Notes under the pieces: generated by a model | Database searches by the model: none | Told to the model about the DNA's origin: nothing | The model's input: only the letters and a program-made list of their open reading frames with translations | Source: a virus | Lineage: Duplodnaviria > Heunggongvirae > Uroviricota > Caudoviricetes | Length of the DNA stretch: 29,630 nt | Virus record (IMG/VR): IMGVR_UViG_2693429622_000002 | Strand: one strand, 5' to 3' | Made by a program: the position numbers and the translations under genes | Shown: positions 1 to 11,658 of the stretch, piece by piece | How the letters are laid out: each line of letters opens with the position of its first letter | Numbering within the stretch: position 1 is the first letter of the stretch

Positions 1-164
1 TTAAGTGATAACAGATGTCTGGAAATATAGGGGCAAATCCAATCGTCGCCGTATTCCCGTATTAACAGAGACCGTAGCCCGACGGGGAACTCCTTCTGCG
101 CGAGTGTGCGGGAATAATCAAAAACGATGCACACCGGGGTTACCGGGTACACATATTTCATCAT
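1..164 (-). CDS. Hypothetical protein, partial ORF running off the left edge (begins MMKYVYPVTPVCIVFDYSRTLAQKEFPVGLRSLLIREYGDDWICPYISRHLLSL)
   Basis: My own minus-strand translation: open frame from ATG at 164-162 to window edge; same frame as the upstream 141-codon ORF and separated from it by a single TAA (212-210). No clear Shine-Dalgarno. Not recognised. Confidence 0.2.
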   Translation of the reverse strand, partial: MMKYVYPVTPVCIVFDYSRTLAQKEFPVGLRSLLIREYGDDWICPYISRHLLSL

Positions 165-209
165 GCCAGCGAGTCCGGTTCTGGCACGGAAGAAACCGGA
201 CGTTATGAT

Positions 210-620
210 TTAGTGCGGAAATATTTGTGTAGTGTTCTGTATGTTCTCAGTAAAGAGTAATGAATTATCAAAGGTATAGTAATACCTTTTGTTTTCGTGG
301 ATATTTGTAATCCATCTGAAAACCCCTGCTGTAGCAAGATTTTTCCTGTATTCGTAAAATGATAACTCTCCTGATTTGAATCCTTTTAAGGTGGCTTCTA
401 TAAGGCATTTATTTTTTGAAAATCTTACATTTACAACCTTACCCTGTCCTTTTATTAAAACCGTATTATCGTTTTCAAGAACAAGATGAATATTCTCTGT
501 GGCTAAATAGTAAATGTAATGTGAGACATTGTGACGTTTTAGTTCAGAATAAAACCAGTGATAGTTTAAATTATTTCGCACTTTATCGAATATTTGTTTA
601 AAAATGGCAACCTGAGCCAT
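210..620 (-). CDS. Hypothetical protein, AT-rich moron-like gene (136 aa from ATG at 620 with GAAGG 7 nt upstream; 141 aa if started at 635)
   Basis: 141-codon open frame in visibly low-GC DNA, where stops should be frequent; sits between the lysis-side region and cos. No motif recognised. Confidence 0.55.
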   Translation of the reverse strand: MAQVAIFKQIFDKVRNNLNYHWFYSELKRHNVSHYIYYLATENIHLVLENDNTVLIKGQGKVVNVRFSKNKCLIEATLKGFKSGELSFYEYRKNLATAGVFRWITNIHENKRYYYTFDNSLLFTENIQNTTQIFPH

Positions 621-677
621 TGTAGTACCTTCCATGTGATATGAGGGGGCGTAGTCTGCACGATTATCTAAATTGCT

Positions 678-911
678 TCAATCTGGTCTAACCTGTTTTC
701 TGAGCAATTCAGTAATGTCACTCTTTTCTTTGTTTGCTTCAGGCGAAACTCTTTTTTCTGAGCACAGTCTCCGGCGGCAGGCTTCAATGACCCAGGCTGA
801 GAAATTCCCGGACCCTTTTTGAACAAGAGCGATGTTAATTTGTTCAATCATTTGGTTAGGAAAGCGGATGTTGCGGGTTGTTGTTCTGCGGGTTCTGTTC
901 TTCGTTGACAT
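678..911 (-). CDS. Small ribbon-helix-helix (Arc/MetJ/CopG-like) DNA-binding protein, 77 aa
   Basis: Translation MSTKNRTRRTTTRNIRFPNQMIEQINIALVQKGSGNFSAWVIEACRRRL: basic N-terminus, beta-strand RNIRFP, then two short helices separated by a Gly-containing turn, typical RHH layout. Family call from pattern only. The start-proximal sequence appears to lie in lambda-conserved right-end DNA, so it may be a backbone gene. Confidence 0.55.
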   Translation of the reverse strand: MSTKNRTRRTTTRNIRFPNQMIEQINIALVQKGSGNFSAWVIEACRRRLCSEKRVSPEANKEKSDITELLRKQVRPD

Positions 912-1049
912 GAGGTTGCCCTGTATTCAGTGTCGCTGATTTGTATTGTCTGAAGTTGTTTTTACGTTAAGTTGATGCAGATCAATTAATACGATACCTG
1001 CGTCATAATTGATTATTTGACGTGGTTTGATGGCGTAGATGCACGTTGT

Positions 1050-1290
1050 GACATGTAGATGATAATTATTATCATTTTGCGGGTCCTTTCCGGCGATCCG
1101 ACAGGTTACGGGGCGGAAGGCGCGCGGGTTTTCGCTATTTATGACAATTTTCCGGTTTAAGGCGTTTCCGTTCTTCTTCGCCGTAACCTAATGTTTTTAT
1201 TTAAAACACCCCCTGAAAAGAAAGGAAACGACAGGTGCTGAAAACGGGCTTTTTGGCCTCTGTCGTTTCCTTTCTCTGTTTTTGTCCGTG
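1050..1290 (+). promoter_or_regulatory. cos: cos packaging region: cosQ-proximal sequence, cosN nicking site, cosB with Nu1-binding R elements
   Basis: Near-identity to my recollection of the lambda right-end/left-end junction (..TCCGGCGATCCGACAGGTTACG | GGGCGG.. CGCGGGTTTTCGCTATTTATGA..). Repeated CGTTTCC/GGAAACG motifs at about 1162-1179, 1218-1236 and 1260-1275 match lambda R3/R2/R1 placement. Confidence 0.85.
1111..1122 (+). promoter_or_regulatory. cosN: cosN 12-nt cohesive-end core, divergent from lambda (GGGCGGAAGGCG versus lambda GGGCGGCGACCT)
   Basis: Position fixed by conserved flanks (ACAGGTTACG upstream, CGCGGGTTTTCGC downstream); five substitutions clustered at positions 7-10 and 12. 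Confidence 0.7.
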
Positions 1291-1299
1291 GAATGAACA

Positions 1300-1819
1300 A
1301 TGGAAGTCAACAAAAAGCAGCTGGCTGACATTTTCGGTGCGAGTATCCGTACCATTCAGAACTGGCAGGAACAGGGAATGCCCGTTCTGCGAGGCGGTGG
1401 CAAGGGTAATGAGGTGCTTTATGACTCTGCCGCCGTTATAAGATGGTATGCCGAAAGGGATGCTGAAATTGAGAACGAAAAGCTGCGCCGGGAAGTTGAA
1501 GAACTGCGGCAGGCCAGCGAGACAGATCTCCAGCCAGGGACTATTGAGTACGAACGCCATCGACTTACGCGTGCGCAGGCCGACGCACAGGAGCTGAAAA
1601 ATGCCAGAGACTCCGCTGAAGTGGTGGAAACCGCATTCTGTACTTTCGTGCTGTCGCGGATCGCAGGTGAAATTGCCAGTATTCTCGACGGGATCCCCCT
1701 GTCGGTGCAGCGGCGTTTTCCGGAACTGGAAAACCGACATGTTGATTTCCTGAAACGGGATATCATCAAAGCCATGAACAAAGCAGCCGCGCTGGATGAA
1801 CTGATACCGGGGTTGCTGA

Positions 1820-1845
<26 letters not shown>
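1300..1845 (+). CDS. nu1: Terminase small subunit Nu1 (181 aa)
   Basis: Protein begins MEVNKKQLADIFGASIRTIQNWQEQGMPVLRGGGKGNEVLYDSAAV, matching lambda Nu1 from memory; immediately downstream of cosB. Confidence 0.95.
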
Positions 1846-5526
<3,681 letters not shown>

Positions 5527-5546
<20 letters not shown>

Positions 5547-6846
5547 TCTCCCGCATATTGCCAGCATGGCTTTTAATGAGCCGCTGATGCTTGAACCCGC
5601 CTATGCGCGGGTTTTCTTTTGTGCGCTTGCAGGCCAGCTTGGGATCAGCTGCCTGACGGATGCAGTATCCGGCGACAGCCTGACTGCCGGAGAGGCACCC
5701 GCGGCGCTGGCGTTATCCGGTGATGATGACGGACCACGACAGGCCCGCAGTTATCAGGTAATGAACGGCATCGCCGTGCTGCCGGTGTCCGGCACGCTGG
5801 TCAGCCGGACGCGGGCGCTGCAGCCGTACTCGGGGATGACCGGTTACAACGGCATTATCGCCCGTCTGCAACAGGCTGCCAGCGACCCGATGGTGGACGG
5901 CATTCTGCTCGATATGGACACACCGGGCGGAATGGTGGCGGGAGCATTTGACTGCGCTGACATCATCGCCCGTGTGCGTGACATAAAGCCGGTATGGGCG
6001 CTGGCCAATGACATGAACTGCAGCGCAGGTCAGCTGCTTGCCAGTGCCGCCTCCCGGCGTCTGGTCACGCAGACCGCCCGGACAGGCTCCATCGGCGTCA
6101 TGATGGCTCACAGTAATTACGGCGCTGCACTGGAGAAACAGGGCGTGGAAATCACGCTGATTTACAGCGGCAGCCATAAGGTGGATGGCAACCCCTACAG
6201 CCATCTACCGGATGATGTCCGGGAAACATTGCAGTCCCGGATGGATGCAACCCGCCGGATGTTTGCACAGAAGGTGTCGGCATATACCGGCCTGTCCGTG
6301 CAGGCTGTGCTGGATACCGAGGCTGCAGTGTACAGCGGTCAGGAGGCCATTGATGCCGGACTGGCTGATGAACTTGTTAACAGTACCGATGCGATCACCG
6401 TCATGCGTGATGCACTGGATGCACGTAAATCCCGTCTCTCAGGAGGGCGAATGACCAAAGAGACTCAATCAACAACTGTTTCAGCCACTGCTTCGCAGGC
6501 TGACGTTACTGGCGTGGTGCAAGCGACGGAGGGCGAGAACGCCAGCGCGGCGCAGCCGGACGTGAACGCGCAGATCACCGCAGCGGTTGCGGCAGAAAAC
6601 AGTCGCATTATGGGGATCCTCAACTGTGAGGAGGCTCACGGACGCGAAGAACAGGCACGCGTGCTGGCCGAAACCCCCGGTATGACCGTGGAAACGGCCC
6701 GCCGTATTCTGGCCGCAGCACCACAGAGTGCACAGACGCGCAGTGACACTGCGCTGGATCGTCTGATGCAGGGGGCACCGGCACCGCTGGCTGCAGGTAA
6801 CCCGGCATCTGATGCCGTTAACGATTTGCTGAACACACCAGTGTAA
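5527..6846 (+). CDS. C: Head maturation protease / scaffold C (439 aa), GTG start
   Basis: In-frame GTG at 5527 preceded by GGAGGAG; product begins (V)TAELRNLPHIASMAFNEPLMLEPAYARVFF as lambda gpC. The longer ORF from 5392 is a track artefact overlapping B. Confidence 0.9.
6241..6846 (+). CDS. nu3: Scaffolding protein Nu3, nested in-frame within the 3' part of C
   Basis: Internal ATG at 6241 (MDATRRMFAQKVSAYTGL) in the C frame, co-terminal with C, as in lambda. Confidence 0.8.
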   Translation: MDATRRMFAQKVSAYTGLSVQAVLDTEAAVYSGQEAIDAGLADELVNSTDAITVMRDALDARKSRLSGGRMTKETQSTTVSATASQADVTGVVQATEGENASAAQPDVNAQITAAVAAENSRIMGILNCEEAHGREEQARVLAETPGMTVETARRILAAAPQSAQTRSDTALDRLMQGAPAPLAAGNPASDAVNDLLNTPV

Positions 6847-6855
6847 GGGATGTTT

Positions 6856-7188
6856 ATGACGAGCAAAGAAACCTTTACCCATTACCAGCCGCTGGGCAAT
6901 AGTGACCCGGCTCATACCGCAACCGCGCCCGGCGGATTGAGTGCGAAAGCGCCTGCAATGACCCCGCTGATGCTGGACACCTCCACCCGTAAGCTGGTTG
7001 CGTGGGATGGCACCACCGACGGTGCTGCCGTTGGCATTCTTGCGGTTGCTGCTGACCAGACCAGCACCACACTGACGTTCTACAAGTCCGGCACGTTCCG
7101 TTATGAGGATGTGCTCTGGCCGGAGGCTGCCAGCGACGAGACGAAAAAACGGACCGTGTTTGCCGGAACGGCAATCAGCATCGTTTAA
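6856..7188 (+). CDS. D: Head decoration protein D (110 aa)
   Basis: [43 protein letters not shown] matches lambda gpD; start at second ATG (6856). Confidence 0.95.
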   Translation: MTSKETFTHYQPLGNSDPAHTATAPGGLSAKAPAMTPLMLDTSTRKLVAWDGTTDGAAVGILAVAADQTSTTLTFYKSGTFRYEDVLWPEAASDETKKRTVFAGTAISIV

Positions 7189-7243
7189 CTTTACCCTTCA
7201 TCACTAAAGGCCGCCTGTGTGGCTTTTTTTACGGGATTTTTTT

Positions 7244-8269
7244 ATGTCGATGTACACAACCGCCCAGCTGCTGGCGGCAAATGAGCAGAAATTTAAGTTT
7301 GATCCGCTGTTTCTGCGTCTCTTTTTCCGTGAGAGCTATCCCTTCACTACGGAGAAAGTCTATCTCTCACAAATTCCGGGACTGGTAAACATGGCGCTGT
7401 ACGTTTCGCCGATTGTTTCCGGTGAGGTTATCCGTTCCCGTGGCGGCTCCACCTCTGAATTTACGCCGGGATATGTCAAACCCAAGCATGAGGTGAATCC
7501 GCAGATGACCCTGCGTCGCCTGCCGGATGAAGATCCGCAGAATCTGGCGGACCCGGCTTACCGCCGCCGTCGCATCATCATGCAGAACATGCGTGACGAA
7601 GAGCTGGCCATTGCTCAGGTCGAAGAGATGCAGGCAGTTTCTGCCGTGCTCAAGGGCAAATACACCATGACCGGTGAAGCCTTCGATCCGGTTGAGGTGG
7701 ATATGGGCCGCAGTGCGGCGAACAACATCACACAGTCCGGCGTCACGGAGTGGAGCAAGCGTGACAAGTCCACGTATGACCCGACCGACGATATCGAAGC
7801 CTACGCGCTGAACGCCAGCGGTGTGGTGAATATCATCGTGTTTGACCCGAAAGGCTGGGCGCTGTTCCGTTCCTTCAAAGCCGTCAAGGAGAAGCTGGAT
7901 ACCCGTCGCGGCTCTCATTCCGAGCTGGAGACAGCGGTAAAAGACCTGGGCAAAGCGGTGTCCTATAAGGGAATGTATGGCGATGTGGCCATCGTCGTGT
8001 ATTCCGGACAGTACGTGGAAAACGGCGTCAAAAAGAACTTCCTGCCGGACAACACGATGGTGCTGGGGAACACTCAGGCTCGCGGTCTGCGCACCTATGG
8101 CTGCATTCAGGATGCGGACGCACAGCGCGAAGGCATTAACGCTTCTGCCCGTTACCCGAAAAACTGGGTGACCACCGGCGATCCGGCGCGTGAGTTCACC
8201 ATGATTCAGTCAGCACCGCTGATGCTGCTGGCTGATCCTGATGAGTTCGTGTCCGTTCAACTGGCGTAA
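7244..8269 (+). CDS. E: Major capsid protein E (341 aa)
   Basis: MSMYTTAQLLAANEQKFKFDPLFLRLFFRESYPFTTEKVYLSQIPGLVNMALYVSPIVSGE matches lambda gpE; start at internal ATG 7244. Confidence 0.95.
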   Translation: MSMYTTAQLLAANEQKFKFDPLFLRLFFRESYPFTTEKVYLSQIPGLVNMALYVSPIVSGEVIRSRGGSTSEFTPGYVKPKHEVNPQMTLRRLPDEDPQNLADPAYRRRRIIMQNMRDEELAIAQVEEMQAVSAVLKGKYTMTGEAFDPVEVDMGRSAANNITQSGVTEWSKRDKSTYDPTDDIEAYALNASGVVNIIVFDPKGWALFRSFKAVKEKLDTRRGSHSELETAVKDLGKAVSYKGMYGDVAIVVYSGQYVENGVKKNFLPDNTMVLGNTQARGLRTYGCIQDADAQREGINASARYPKNWVTTGDPAREFTMIQSAPLMLLADPDEFVSVQLA

Positions 8270-8271
8270 TC

Positions 8272-8296
8272 ATGGCCCTTCGGGGCCATTTTCTCT
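8272..8296 (+). terminator. Stem-loop between E and FI (ATGGCCC-TTCG-GGGCCAT followed by TTTCTCTCT)
   Basis: Perfect 7-bp stem with tetraloop read directly; trailing U-tract is imperfect, so possibly an attenuator or mRNA-stability element rather than a full terminator. Confidence 0.35.
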
Positions 8297-8310
8297 CTGT
8301 GGAGGAGTTC

Positions 8311-8709
8311 ATGACGAAAGATGAACTGATTGCCCGTCTTCAGGAGCTGGGTGAGCAATTGAACCGCGATGTCAGTTTGACGGGAACGAAAGAAGAACTG
8401 GCGCTTCGTGTGGCAGAGCTGGAAGAAGAGCTTGATGACACGGATGAAACTGCCGGTCAGGACACCCCTCTCAGCCGGGAAAATGTGCTGACCGGGCATG
8501 AAAATGAGGTGGTATCAGCGCAGCCGGATACCGTGATTCAGGATACGGCTGAACTGGTCACGGTCGTGGCACTGGTGACGCTGCATACTGATGCACTTCA
8601 CGCCACGCGGGATAAACCTGTGGCATTTGTGCTGCCGGGAACGGCGTTTCGTGTCTCTGCCGGTGTGGCAGCCGAAATGACAGAGCGCGGCCTGGCCAGA
8701 ATGCAATAA
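8311..8709 (+). CDS. FI: DNA-packaging accessory protein FI (132 aa)
   Basis: MTKDELIARLQELGEQLNRDVSLTGTKEELALRVAELEEELDD resembles lambda gpFI; GGAGGAG RBS before ATG 8311. Confidence 0.9.
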   Translation: MTKDELIARLQELGEQLNRDVSLTGTKEELALRVAELEEELDDTDETAGQDTPLSRENVLTGHENEVVSAQPDTVIQDTAELVTVVALVTLHTDALHATRDKPVAFVLPGTAFRVSAGVAAEMTERGLARMQ

Positions 8710-8720
8710 CGGGAGGCGCT

Positions 8721-9074
8721 GTGGCTGATTTCGATAACCTGTTCGATGCTGCCATTGCCCGCGCCGATGAAACGATACGCGGGTACATGGGAACGTCAGC
8801 CACCATGACATCCGGTGAGCAGTCAGGTGCGGTGATACGTGGTGTTTTTGATGACCCTGAAAATATCAGCTATGCCGGACAGGGCGTGCGCGTTGAAGGC
8901 TCCAGCCCGTCCCTGTTTGTCCGGACTGATGAGGTGCGGCAGCTGCGGCGTGGAGACACGCTGACCATCGGTGAGGAAAATTTCTGGGTAGATCGGGTTT
9001 CGCCGGATGATGGCGGAAGTTGTCATCTCTGGCTTGGACGGGGCGTACCGCCTGCCGTTAACCGTCGCCGCTGA
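8721..9074 (+). CDS. FII: Head-tail connector protein FII (117 aa), GTG start
   Basis: 117 aa; GGGAGG RBS 5 nt upstream of GTG 8721; lambda synteny. Confidence 0.9.
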   Translation: MADFDNLFDAAIARADETIRGYMGTSATMTSGEQSGAVIRGVFDDPENISYAGQGVRVEGSSPSLFVRTDEVRQLRRGDTLTIGEENFWVDRVSPDDGGSCHLWLGRGVPPAVNRRR

Positions 9075-9085
9075 AAGGGGGATGT

Positions 9086-9664
9086 ATGGCCATAAAAGGT
9101 CTTGAGCAGGCCGTTGAAAACCTCAGCCGTATCAGCAAAACGGCGGTGCCCGGTGCCGCCGCAATGGCCATTAACCGCGTTGCTTCATCCGCGATATCGC
9201 AGTCTGCGTCACAGGTTGCCCGTGAGACAAAGGTACGCCGGAAACTGGTAAAGGAAAGGGCCAGGCTGAAAAGGGCCACGGTCAAAAATCCGCAGGCCAG
9301 AATCAAAGTTAACCGGGGGGATTTGCCCGTAATCAAGCTGGGTAATGCGCGGGTTGTCCTGTCCCGCCGCAGGCGTCATAAAAAGGGGCAGCGTTCATCC
9401 CTGAAAGGTGGCGGCAGCGTGCTTGTGGTGGGTAACCGTCGTATTCCCGGCGCGTTTATTCAGCAACTGAAAAACGGCCGGTGGCATGTTATGCAGCGTG
9501 TGGCCGGGAAAAACCGTTACCCCATTGATGTGGTGAAAATCCCGATGGCGGTGCCGCTGACCACGGCGTTTAAACAGAATATTGAACGGATACGGCGTGA
9601 ACGTCTTCCGAAAGAGCTGGGCTATGCGCTGCAGCATCAACTGAGAATGGTAATAAAGCGATGA
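9086..9664 (+). CDS. Z: Tail completion protein Z (192 aa)
   Basis: 192 aa, lambda synteny. Confidence 0.9.
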   Translation: MAIKGLEQAVENLSRISKTAVPGAAAMAINRVASSAISQSASQVARETKVRRKLVKERARLKRATVKNPQARIKVNRGDLPVIKLGNARVVLSRRRRHKKGQRSSLKGGGSVLVVGNRRIPGAFIQQLKNGRWHVMQRVAGKNRYPIDVVKIPMAVPLTTAFKQNIERIRRERLPKELGYALQHQLRMVIKR

Positions 9665-10056
9665 AACATACTGAACTCCGTGCAGCCGTACTGGATGCAC
9701 TGGAGAAGCATGACACCGGGGCGACGCTTTTTGATGGTCGCCCCGCTGTTTTTGATGAGGAAGATTTTCCGGCAATTGCCGTTTATCTCACCGGCGCTGA
9801 ATACACGGGCGAAGAGCTGGACAGCGATACCTGGCAGGCGGAGCTGCATATTGAAGTTTTCCTGCCTGCTCAGGTGCCGGATTCAGAGCTGGATTCGTGG
9901 ATGGAGTCCCGGATTTATCCGGTGATGAGCGATATCCCGGCACTGTCAGATTTGATCACCAGTATGGTGGCCAGCGGCTATGACTACCGGCGCGACGATG
10001 ATGCGGGCCTGTGGAGTTCAGCCGATCTGACTTATGTCATTATCTATGAAATGTGA
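9661..10056 (+). CDS. U: Tail terminator protein U (131 aa)
   Basis: 131 aa, 4-bp overlap with Z, lambda synteny. Confidence 0.9.
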   Translation: MKHTELRAAVLDALEKHDTGATLFDGRPAVFDEEDFPAIAVYLTGAEYTGEELDSDTWQAELHIEVFLPAQVPDSELDSWMESRIYPVMSDIPALSDLITSMVASGYDYRRDDDAGLWSSADLTYVIIYEM

Positions 10057-10063
10057 GGACGCT

Positions 10064-10804
10064 ATGCCTGTACCAAATCCTACAATGCCGGTGAAAGGTG
10101 CCGGGACCACCCTGTGGGTTTATAAGGGGAGCGGTGACCCTTATGCGAACCCGCTTTCAGACGTTGACTGGTCGCGTCTGGCAAAAGTTAAAGACCTGAC
10201 GCCCGGCGAACTGACCGCTGAGTCCTATGACGACAGCTATCTCGATGATGAAGATGCAGACTGGACTGCGACCGGGCAGGGGCAGAAATCTGCCGGAGAT
10301 ACCAGCTTCACGCTGGCGTGGATGCCCGGAGAGCAGGGGCAGCAGGCGCTGCTGGCGTGGTTTAATGAAGGTGATACCCGTGCCTATAAAATCCGCTTCC
10401 CGAACGGCACGGTCGATGTGTTCCGTGGCTGGGTCAGCAGTATCGGTAAGGCGGTGACGGCGAAGGAGGTGATTACCCGCACGGTGAAGGTCACCAATGT
10501 GGGACGTCCGTCGATGGCAGAAGATCGCAGCACGGTGACGGCGACGACCGGCATGACGGTGACACCCGCCAGTGCTTCCGTAGTGAAAGGGCAGAGCACC
10601 ACGCTGACCGTGGCATTCCAGCCGGATGGCGCAACCGACAAGAGCTTCCGTGCGGTGTCTGCGGATAAAACAAAAGCCACCGTGTCGGTCAGTGGTATGA
10701 CCATCACCGTGAAAGGTGTTGCTGCAGGCAAGGTCAACATTCCGGTCGTATCTGGTAATGGTGAGTTTGCTGCGGTTGCAGAAATCAACGTCACCGCCAG
10801 TTAA
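10064..10804 (+). CDS. V: Major tail protein V (246 aa)
   Basis: [59 protein letters not shown] matches lambda gpV; start at internal ATG 10064. Confidence 0.95.
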   Translation: MPVPNPTMPVKGAGTTLWVYKGSGDPYANPLSDVDWSRLAKVKDLTPGELTAESYDDSYLDDEDADWTATGQGQKSAGDTSFTLAWMPGEQGQQALLAWFNEGDTRAYKIRFPNGTVDVFRGWVSSIGKAVTAKEVITRTVKVTNVGRPSMAEDRSTVTATTGMTVTPASASVVKGQSTTLTVAFQPDGATDKSFRAVSADKTKATVSVSGMTITVKGVAAGKVNIPVVSGNGEFAAVAEINVTAS

Positions 10805-10819
10805 TCCGGAGAGTCAGCG

Positions 10820-11242
10820 ATGTTCCTGAAAACCGAATCATTTGAACATAACGGTGTGACCGTCACGCTTTCTGAACTGTCAGCCCTGCAGCGTATTGAG
10901 CATCTCGACCTGATGAAACGGCAGGCAGAACAGGCGGAGTCAGACAGCAACCGGAAGTTTACTGTGGAAGACGCCATCAGAACCGGCGCTTTTGTGGTTG
11001 CGATGTCCCTGTGGCATAACCATCCGAAGAAGACGCAGATGCCGTCCATGAATGAAGCCGTTAAACAGATTGAGCAGGAAGTGCTTACCACCTGGCCCAC
11101 AGAGGCAATTTCTCATGCTGAAAACGTGGTGTACCGGCTGTCCGGTATGTATGAGTTTGTGGTGAATGATGCTCCTGAACAGGCAGAGGACGCCGGGCCT
11201 GCAGAGCCTGTTTCTGCGGGAAAGTGTTCGACGGTGAGCTGA
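10820..11242 (+). CDS. G: Tail assembly chaperone G (140 aa)
   Basis: 140 aa; followed by overlapping -1 frame T ORF; lambda synteny. Confidence 0.9.
   Translation: MFLKTESFEHNGVTVTLSELSALQRIEHLDLMKRQAEQAESDSNRKFTVEDAIRTGAFVVAMSLWHNHPKKTQMPSMNEAVKQIEQEVLTTWPTEAISHAENVVYRLSGMYEFVVNDAPEQAEDAGPAEPVSAGKCSTVS
11218..11224 (+). promoter_or_regulatory. Programmed -1 ribosomal frameshift slippery heptamer G GGA AAG (G to G-T)
   Basis: GGGAAAG in the G frame as G.GGA.AAG near the 3' end of G; the -1 frame continues open to 11658. Confidence 0.85.
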
Positions 11243-11658
11243 GTTTTGCCCTGAAACTGGCGCGTGAGATGGGGCGACCCGACTGGCGCGCCATGCTTGC
11301 CGGGATGTCATCCACGGAGTATGCCGACTGGCACCGCTTTTACAGTACCCATTATTTTCATGATGTTCTGCTGGATATGCACTTTTCCGGGCTGACGTAC
11401 ACCGTGCTCAGCCTGTTTTTCAGCGATCCGGAGATGCATCCGCTGGATTTCAGTCTGCTGAACCGGCGCGAGGCTGACGAAGAGCCTGAAGATGATGTGC
11501 TGATGCAGAAAGCGGCAGGGCTTGCCGGAGGTGTCCGCTTTGGCCCGGACGGGAATGAAGTTATCCCCGCTTCCCCGGATGTGGCGGACATGACGGAGGA
11601 TGACGTAATGCTGATGACAGTATCAGAAGGGATCGCAGGAGGAGTCCGGTATGGCTGA
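11224..11658 (+). CDS. T: T segment of the tail assembly chaperone fusion G-T (made only by -1 frameshifting from G)
   Basis: 144-codon open -1 frame starting at the slippery site with no independent start signal; overlaps H start. Confidence 0.85.
   Translation: MFDGELSFALKLAREMGRPDWRAMLAGMSSTEYADWHRFYSTHYFHDVLLDMHFSGLTYTVLSLFFSDPEMHPLDFSLLNRREADEEPEDDVLMQKAAGLAGGVRFGPDGNEVIPASPDVADMTEDDVMLMTVSEGIAGGVRYG

Noticed and set aside
5-208. 67-aa plus-strand ORF at the left edge
   Set aside because: Arg/Cys-rich with no start context or recognisable fold; the opposite-strand frame in line with the neighbouring gene is a better, though still weak, candidate.
967-989. Near-palindrome TTAAGTTGAT-GCAG-ATCAATTAA upstream of the RHH gene, considered as an operator for the RHH protein
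   Set aside because: This sequence appears to be part of the lambda-conserved cosQ-proximal right end, so it is more likely packaging-related backbone than a dedicated operator; kept only as a possibility.
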